Source: Duncaniella sp. | GTDB lineage: Bacteria > Bacteroidota > Bacteroidia > Bacteroidales > Muribaculaceae | DNA length: 41,314 bases | NCBI GenBank assembly: GCA_029052375.1 | Contig: JAIDJD010000257.1 | Span: 1 to 41,314, forward strand | Direction: 5' to 3' | Shown: positions 35,775 through 41,314 of the stretch, piece by piece | Layout of the letters: each line of letters begins with the position of its first letter | Position numbering within the stretch: position 1 is the stretch's first letter | Program-made: the position numbers and the translations under genes | Notes under the pieces: generated by a model | The model's input: only the letters and a program-made list of their open reading frames with translations | Told to the model about the DNA's origin: nothing | Database searches by the model: none

Positions 35775-36665
35775 ATGCTTTCTCCCCGACCTCTGCAGCC
35801 CGGCGACCGGGTGGCCATCCTCTCCCCCTCCTCCATCATCAAGCCCCAGGTGGTCTATCAGGCCATGCCCGTGATAGCCTCGCAGGGCTGGAGCGTATAT
35901 GTGGGCGAACACACCTTCGACCGCTTCGGGACTTATGCCGGGACAGACGACGCCCGCTATGCCGACCTCGAGACAGCCCTGCTCGACCCCGACACCCGCG
36001 CCATAATATGCTCGCGCGGAGGCTATGGCGCCGTACACCTCCTGGAACGGCTCGCCAGGCTCCCCCTGCGCGACGACCCCAAGTGGATAGTCGGCTACTC
36101 GGACATCTCGGCTCTCCACGCCCTGATGAACGCCAACGGCATACGCAGCATACACGCCCCGATGTGCAAGCATCTGGCCGAACACCGCGGGCGCGACCGC
36201 GACTCGGAGCGCATCTTCGCCCTGCTCAGAGGCGAGAATCCTCCGGTGGCGTTCGCCTCCCACCCCCTCAACCGCCGCGGGCGGGTCACTGCAACACTGG
36301 CCGGAGGCAACCTCGCCGTCATCGCAGGTCTCTTCTCCACGCCATGGGACCCCGTCAGGCCTGGCACAATACTCTTCATTGAGGATGTCTCAGAGCCTAT
36401 ATACAAGATAGAGAGGATGCTCTACACCCTGCGCCTCAACGGTACACTCGGCTCGCTCGCCGGACTGATAGTGGGACGCTTCACCAACTACACCCCTGAC
36501 CGCGACAACGACTCGATGGAGGCCATGATATCGCGCCTTGTGGCCGACTATGAATACCCTGTGGCTTTCGGTGTGCCCATAGGCCACGTAGACCACAACG
36601 TCCCCATGCTCTGCGGCGCCGAGGCCACCCTTGACGTCTCAGCCTCAGGAGTGACCCTCTCGTGA
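35775..36665 (+). CDS. LD-carboxypeptidase (peptidase S66)
   Basis: LQPGDRVAILSPS, SRGGYG, GYSDISALH, GGNL, LFIEDVSE, PIGH. Confidence 0.94.
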   Translation: MLSPRPLQPGDRVAILSPSSIIKPQVVYQAMPVIASQGWSVYVGEHTFDRFGTYAGTDDARYADLETALLDPDTRAIICSRGGYGAVHLLERLARLPLRDDPKWIVGYSDISALHALMNANGIRSIHAPMCKHLAEHRGRDRDSERIFALLRGENPPVAFASHPLNRRGRVTATLAGGNLAVIAGLFSTPWDPVRPGTILFIEDVSEPIYKIERMLYTLRLNGTLGSLAGLIVGRFTNYTPDRDNDSMEAMISRLVADYEYPVAFGVPIGHVDHNVPMLCGAEATLDVSASGVTLS

Positions 36666-36788
36666 ACCTTGGCCTCCGCAAGCTGTTTTCTATTAAGAGA
36701 CAAACCGCCGGGCGGCGCCTTGCCCGCGCCTTGTCCGGTCGTATGGCCGGTCGTATGGAGTTTAGGTTTTTTAATTAAATAATGTGAG

Positions 36789-36815
36789 TTTGGTGGCGAA
36801 AAACACCTATCTTTG
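36789..36815 (+). promoter_or_regulatory. Probable sigma-A promoter of the FKBP cluster
   Basis: TATCTTTG at 36808-36815; a TTTG at 36789-92 is closer than the canonical spacing. Confidence 0.6.
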
Positions 36816-36932
36816 CAATTTGAATACTACACCGCTCTCTCCCGCGTGGAGGCGGCCCCGCAGGCTCCACGCGCCAGCCGGGCTGTAAACCCGGCACGAA
36901 AAACAACATTCAATTCTAACTATCAGACTATT

Positions 36933-37553
36933 ATGGAACAGAAAGAACTTGACCGCATCAGCTATGCTCTCGGCATGAGCATGGGCAACAATTTCCGCGC
37001 AAGCGGTATAGATAAAATCAATGTGCAGGACTTTGCAGACGGCGTTGCCGCCGTGTTTGACGGAGCCCAGCCCAAGATGACATACGACGAGGCCAAGGCC
37101 GAAATCCAGACCTACTTCAAGGCTATGGAGGAGAAACAGCAGGCCGCCATGGCCGAGCAGGGCAAGGCCAACGAGGCTCTCGGCAAGGCATATCTCGAAG
37201 ACAATGCCAAGCGCCCCGAAGTCAAGACCCTCCCCTCCGGACTCCAGTACGAGGTGATAGCCGAGGGCGACGGCCCCATGCCCAAGGCCACAGACCGTGT
37301 CGAGGTACACTATACCGGCAAGCTCATCGACGGCACCGTCTTTGACAGCTCGGTAGACCGCGGCGTCCCCGCCACATTCGGCGTCACACAGGTCATCCCC
37401 GGCTGGGTGGAGGCTCTCCAGCTGATGAAGGCCGGCTCGAAGTGGCGCCTCTTCATCCCCTCCGAGCTCGCCTACGGACCCCAGGGCGCCGGCGGCATCA
37501 TCGGCCCCAACGCCACACTCGTCTTTGACGTCGAGCTCCTCCGCGTGCTCTGA
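36933..37553 (+). CDS. FKBP-type peptidyl-prolyl cis-trans isomerase (FklB-like, no signal peptide)
   Basis: SYALGM, LPSGLQYEV, VHYTGKLIDGTVFDSS, VIPGWVEAL, IPSELAYG, LVFDVEL. Confidence 0.95.
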   Translation: MEQKELDRISYALGMSMGNNFRASGIDKINVQDFADGVAAVFDGAQPKMTYDEAKAEIQTYFKAMEEKQQAAMAEQGKANEALGKAYLEDNAKRPEVKTLPSGLQYEVIAEGDGPMPKATDRVEVHYTGKLIDGTVFDSSVDRGVPATFGVTQVIPGWVEALQLMKAGSKWRLFIPSELAYGPQGAGGIIGPNATLVFDVELLRVL

Positions 37554-37573
37554 CACCCGTACGCCCGCGACCT

Positions 37574-38398
37574 ATGAGTCTAAGACATTCAGCGCTCGCC
37601 GCGGCTCTGCTCGCCGTCTTGCTCTCGCCCTTTGTCTCAAGGGGCGCAGAGCCCGTGCCGGCAGACTCGCTCGCCGCGGCCCTGGCCACCTACTGGGCCG
37701 GAGCCGTAGCCGACCCCAGGCTCTCAGAGGCCGAGCGCGAGGCCTTCGCCAAGGGATTTGAGGAACACTTTCTCAAGAGCGACTCGCTTGACGTCCAGTA
37801 TCTTCGCGGAGCCATGATGGCCTCCCAGATAGAGCGCTCCGTGGCCGATGCCGCCACGATGGGCCTGCACGTCGACCGCGCGGCCCTCGCCTCGGCCATG
37901 TCGGCCGCCCTGCGCGGTCTCCCCACCGGATTCACACAGCGCCAGGCAAGCGACTACATAGACCGCCAGGTGGCGCCCGAGGAGGCCGCCGCCTTCTCGC
38001 CCGAGGCCCAGGAGGCTTTCCTGGCCGACGCAGCGGCCCGCCCCGCCGCCATCAAGACCGCTTCGGGCCTTGTCTTCGAAGTGATCACCGAGGGCGAGGG
38101 CCCCATGCCCGAGCCCGGCTCGGCCGTCATGGCCGGATACACCGGCAAGCTCAGCGACGGGTCTGTCTTCGACTCCACTGAAGGCGAGGCCCCCGTCCGC
38201 CTCAGTGTGGACGGCGTGGTCCCCGGTATGTCCGAAGCCCTGCGCATGATGCGTCCCGGCGGCACATACCGCATCACATTCCCCGCCTCTCTCGGCTATG
38301 GCTCAGAGGGTATAAGGGGCGTGATTCCCGGCGGTGCCGCGCTCGAGTTCACCGTCAACCTCATCGAGATTATTCCAATCAAAAACACAGATATATAA
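37574..38398 (+). CDS. FKBP-type PPIase, exported
   Basis: Signal peptide; TASGLVFEV, YTGKLSDGSVFDS, VVPGMSEAL, PASLGYG. Confidence 0.88.
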   Translation: MSLRHSALAAALLAVLLSPFVSRGAEPVPADSLAAALATYWAGAVADPRLSEAEREAFAKGFEEHFLKSDSLDVQYLRGAMMASQIERSVADAATMGLHVDRAALASAMSAALRGLPTGFTQRQASDYIDRQVAPEEAAAFSPEAQEAFLADAAARPAAIKTASGLVFEVITEGEGPMPEPGSAVMAGYTGKLSDGSVFDSTEGEAPVRLSVDGVVPGMSEALRMMRPGGTYRITFPASLGYGSEGIRGVIPGGAALEFTVNLIEIIPIKNTDI

Positions 38399-38412
38399 AA
38401 ACAACAACCGAA

Positions 38413-39309
38413 ATGAAGAAAATCCTGATGGCCTGCGGCGTAGCCGCCGCCCTTATCGGAGCCGCCACATCGTGCTCCAACTCTTCCTCGACAGGAGCCG
38501 ACGGCTTCTCCGACTCACTCTCATTAACCTTCGGCGAGGTCAACGGCCTCCGTCTCGCCTCGGATTACAACCAGCTCCCCGCCTCTGAGAAGACCAACCT
38601 CAAGCGCGACGACATCCTCCGCGGCATCAAGCAGGTAGTGATGACCGACACCACCCAGCAGGGCTATCTCAGCGGCCTCAACATCGGCCTCCAGCTCGCA
38701 GGCCAGCTGATGCGCTACGAGGAAGCCGGCATCAAGATAGACCGCGCCAAGCTCTACGAGGCTTATGCCAAGGCTTTCTCTGCAGACTCTGTGTCTGCCG
38801 AGCAGCTCCGCGAGGCCCAGATGACCATGCAGACCCTCAGCCAGCAGGCCCAGGAGCGCATGATGAAGTTCTATGAAGAGCAGCAGAAGGCCGAAGAAGA
38901 GGCCGCTATGAACGGCGAGGATGCCAAGGCAAACGGCGAGGCCGGCGAGGCTTATATCAAGGCCCAGATGGAGAAAGACCCCTCAATCAAGAAGACCGAG
39001 TCCGGCGTGGCCTACAAGGTCGTAGCCGAGGGTACAGGCGAACCCGTGGGCAAGAACGGCGCCGCTGTGGTCAACTACAAGGGCTCGCTCATCGACGGCA
39101 CAGTCTTTGACCAGAACGATGGCATACAGTTCTCGCCCGGCAACGTAGTCCCCGGCTTCGGCGAGATGCTCGCCCAGATGAAGAAGGGCTCGCACTACAT
39201 CATCATGATTCCCGGCTCGCTCGCATACGGCGGCAAGGGTGTTCCCCAGGCTGGCATCGGTCCCAACGCCACCCTCATCTTCGATCTCGAGGTTACAGAG
39301 GTCAAGTAA
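38413..39309 (+). CDS. FKBP-type PPIase, lipoprotein
   Basis: Lipobox ATSC; TESGVAYKV, YKGSLIDGTVFD, VVPGFGE, IPGSLAYG, LIFDLEV. Confidence 0.9.
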   Translation: MKKILMACGVAAALIGAATSCSNSSSTGADGFSDSLSLTFGEVNGLRLASDYNQLPASEKTNLKRDDILRGIKQVVMTDTTQQGYLSGLNIGLQLAGQLMRYEEAGIKIDRAKLYEAYAKAFSADSVSAEQLREAQMTMQTLSQQAQERMMKFYEEQQKAEEEAAMNGEDAKANGEAGEAYIKAQMEKDPSIKKTESGVAYKVVAEGTGEPVGKNGAAVVNYKGSLIDGTVFDQNDGIQFSPGNVVPGFGEMLAQMKKGSHYIIMIPGSLAYGGKGVPQAGIGPNATLIFDLEVTEVK

Positions 39310-39334
39310 TCAGCTCTTAAGCGTACACCAACAC

Positions 39335-39379
39335 CAGTCCCCGGAGCCTCTGAGTCTGTCACGCCCCGGGGACTGTTTT
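39335..39379 (+). terminator. Intrinsic terminator after the FKBP cluster
   Basis: CAGTCCCCGG...CCGGGGACTG then TTTT. Confidence 0.75.
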
Positions 39380-39451
39380 ATAGGCCGTTGTCAGACAGCC
39401 GCACAACCAGTCATCCCCCCCTCTCAATCCACCCTAAACCGGACATCGTAA

Positions 39452-40477
39452 ATGCGCAACCCCTCCATCGAGGCCCTGCGGTTCCTCTTCATGGTGCAGA
39501 TATGCATCTGGCACAACAGTTCGGGATTCGGCACCATGCAGGCCGGATTTCTCGGCGTAGAATTTTTCTTTATCCTCTCGGGCATATTCCTCTACCGCAC
39601 AGCCGTCAGGCCCGGCGCGCCGGGCATCATAGGCTACTCTGTAGGCAAGCTCTCCAAGTTCTATCCCGCCTACGTGGCCGTGTGTGTTCTCAGCTACATT
39701 GTCTTTGCCAAGAACGGCATCGTCGCATTCGCTCACGCCCCGGCGGAGACCTCCCTTAAATTCATAGGCCAGCTGTTGCTGATACAAGGCACGGGCGTAG
39801 GCTTTCCGGGGGTCAACAACGCCCTTTGGTTCTTCTCCGTGCTCGTATGGGGAGGCGCGCTGGTCTATTCGCTTGTCAGATACTATCCGGCGCTCAGCAT
39901 CAGGGTATTGTTCCCCACGCTCTGCCTGCTCTTCTTCGCCTACATCTTCAACCACGGCGAAGGTCCAGGCTTCGAACGCTGGACCTCAGGCGGATTTCCC
40001 CCCGTGTCGATAGACCGCGGAGTGGCAGAGATTGCCTACGGCGTCCTTGTCGGATACCTGATATTCAACTACGGGACACAGCTCAAGAACCGCCGTCGCC
40101 TGCTCGACGCCGCCGCACTTCTGTCTGTCGTCCTCTATATCCCCATAATATTTGCCGCGCCTGCGGCCCAGCCCTACGTCCTCATCCTCTTTCCCGTAAT
40201 TCTTGCTTCGGCCATGACCGAAGGCTCGCTGATACAGCGGTGCTTAGGCTCGCCCTTCTGGCTGCCGCTCGGGCGTCTCTCCTTCGATATGTATCTCATC
40301 CACCTCATCGTCATCCACCTTGTCAGCAAGGGAGGCGGATATGTCGGCCTCAGCCAGACCTGGCTGAATATAGCCTACCTTATCCTCCTCGTCCCCGGCG
40401 CCTGGCTCTTCCGCCAGGCTGTCAGCCTCGCCGTCTCCCGGCTCAAGACCACGGCCGGCAGCCAACACCGCGCCTGA
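39452..40477 (+). CDS. Acyltransferase-3 family membrane O-acyltransferase
   Basis: RNPSIEALRF, GVEFFFILSG, NNALWFFS, LGRLSFDMYLIH. Confidence 0.88.
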   Translation: MRNPSIEALRFLFMVQICIWHNSSGFGTMQAGFLGVEFFFILSGIFLYRTAVRPGAPGIIGYSVGKLSKFYPAYVAVCVLSYIVFAKNGIVAFAHAPAETSLKFIGQLLLIQGTGVGFPGVNNALWFFSVLVWGGALVYSLVRYYPALSIRVLFPTLCLLFFAYIFNHGEGPGFERWTSGGFPPVSIDRGVAEIAYGVLVGYLIFNYGTQLKNRRRLLDAAALLSVVLYIPIIFAAPAAQPYVLILFPVILASAMTEGSLIQRCLGSPFWLPLGRLSFDMYLIHLIVIHLVSKGGGYVGLSQTWLNIAYLILLVPGAWLFRQAVSLAVSRLKTTAGSQHRA

Positions 40478-40485
40478 CATCATAC

Positions 40486-40527
40486 AGCACAAGTCCCGCC
40501 CGCGCCGCAGGCGGGACTTGTGCTTTT
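40486..40527 (+). terminator. Intrinsic terminator
   Basis: AGCACAAGTCCCGCC...GGCGGGACTTGTGCT then TTT. Confidence 0.85.
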
Positions 40528-40689
40528 CCCGATAGAGACACTCAGTTTCTCTGTTTCTGTGCGTTCCCTGCTGCCATTTTTGCCGATAATCTTGTCTATA
40601 TCGGAGAGATTTGTTATTTTTGCCTTAATATTGCCGAAATACCATAGTCAGCCAAAAATATCATTCCAATCTCTCCTAACTCTATATAG

Positions 40690-41314
40690 ATGGACACACT
40701 CCTAACCTCGCTCCAGCAGCTCGACGCGTCAGTATTCCTGTTTTTTAACGGTCTGCACGCAGACTGGCTCGACCACCCAGTCAAAACCCTTACCAACAGG
40801 TGGATATGGGTGCCTTTATACATCGTTGTCGCCGCTCTCGTTGTGCGTCTGCGTGGTCTGCGCGAAGGCCTTCTCATCGTCCTGTGTGCCTGCGCCGCCG
40901 TCGGCCTCGCCGACTATATCTGCGCCTCGGTCATCCGGCCCTTCTGCGGACGCCTGCGGCCCTCCAATCTCGACAATCCACTCTCGGCATTCACCTATGT
41001 CGTAGACAACTATCGCGCCGGACGCCACGGCTTCCCCTCGTGCCACGCCGCCAACACCACAGCTCTTGCCACATTCCTCTCCCTCTGCCTGCGGCGCAGG
41101 GCCATCGCAGTCTTCATGTTCATGTGGGCCGGGATGCTCTGCTACACACGCGTCTACCTCGGCGTACACTATCCGGGCGACCTCATTGTCGGCGCCCTCA
41201 TCGGCGCCTCGCTGGCCTATGTCGTCTACATGACCCTCTACCGCTGGCTCTACAACAACAACACGCCCAACAGAACCAACTTGATCACAGATGACGTAGT
41301 CTGGGTTAAAAAAA
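40690..41314 (+). CDS. PAP2 family phosphatase, 3'-truncated by the window edge (absent from the ORF track)
   Basis: Hand translation: MDTLLTSLQQLDASVFLFFNG...IRPFCGRLRP...GFPSCHAAN...TRVYLGVHYPGD; no stop before the window end. Confidence 0.9.
   Translation, partial: MDTLLTSLQQLDASVFLFFNGLHADWLDHPVKTLTNRWIWVPLYIVVAALVVRLRGLREGLLIVLCACAAVGLADYICASVIRPFCGRLRPSNLDNPLSAFTYVVDNYRAGRHGFPSCHAANTTALATFLSLCLRRRAIAVFMFMWAGMLCYTRVYLGVHYPGDLIVGALIGASLAYVVYMTLYRWLYNNNTPNRTNLITDDVVWVKK

Noticed and set aside
36735-36758. 12-bp tandem duplication CCGGTCGTATGG x2
   Set aside because: Only two copies with no other support; likely local slippage.
40800-41294. 164-aa ORF from the track
   Set aside because: Out-of-frame overlap with the PAP2 gene that starts at 40690.

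Overview
GC-rich chromosomal window from a Bacteroidales bacterium (gene content, TTTG-N19/20-TAnnTTTG promoters and T9SS-type C-termini fit Muribaculaceae; this is inference). It is probably origin-proximal, since a perfect parS palindrome lies next to mnmG. Most of it is housekeeping: rsmF-like, trmD, rubrerythrin, aroA, M18 aminopeptidase, cysS, menG/ubiE, purC, dnaX, uvrC, apt, mnmG, ybeY and three FKBP PPIases, plus a TolC-HlyD-2x ABC-2 permease operon with no ATPase gene. The unusual content is accessory or intergenic. (1) A 1.75-kb AT-rich two-gene cassette (lipoprotein with a glycine-zipper C-terminus plus a membrane PH-domain protein; candidate toxin/immunity pair) is flanked by a 43-bp direct repeat that copies the 3' end of the upstream gene, with no integrase. 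(2) A tandemly duplicated unit for a secreted Ig-like protein keeps its promoter, signal peptide, central Ig module, C-terminal domain and terminator, while the two passenger domains differ. (3) A nested REP/MITE-like palindrome mosaic shows both 'filled' and 'empty' alleles. (4) A composite 7-mer/9-mer/28-mer repeat family with GNA/GNRA mini-hairpins runs from stop codons to start codons and brackets hlyD. No rRNA, complete tRNA, CRISPR-Cas or transposase/integrase gene was recognised. All calls were made by eye from motifs, without database searches.
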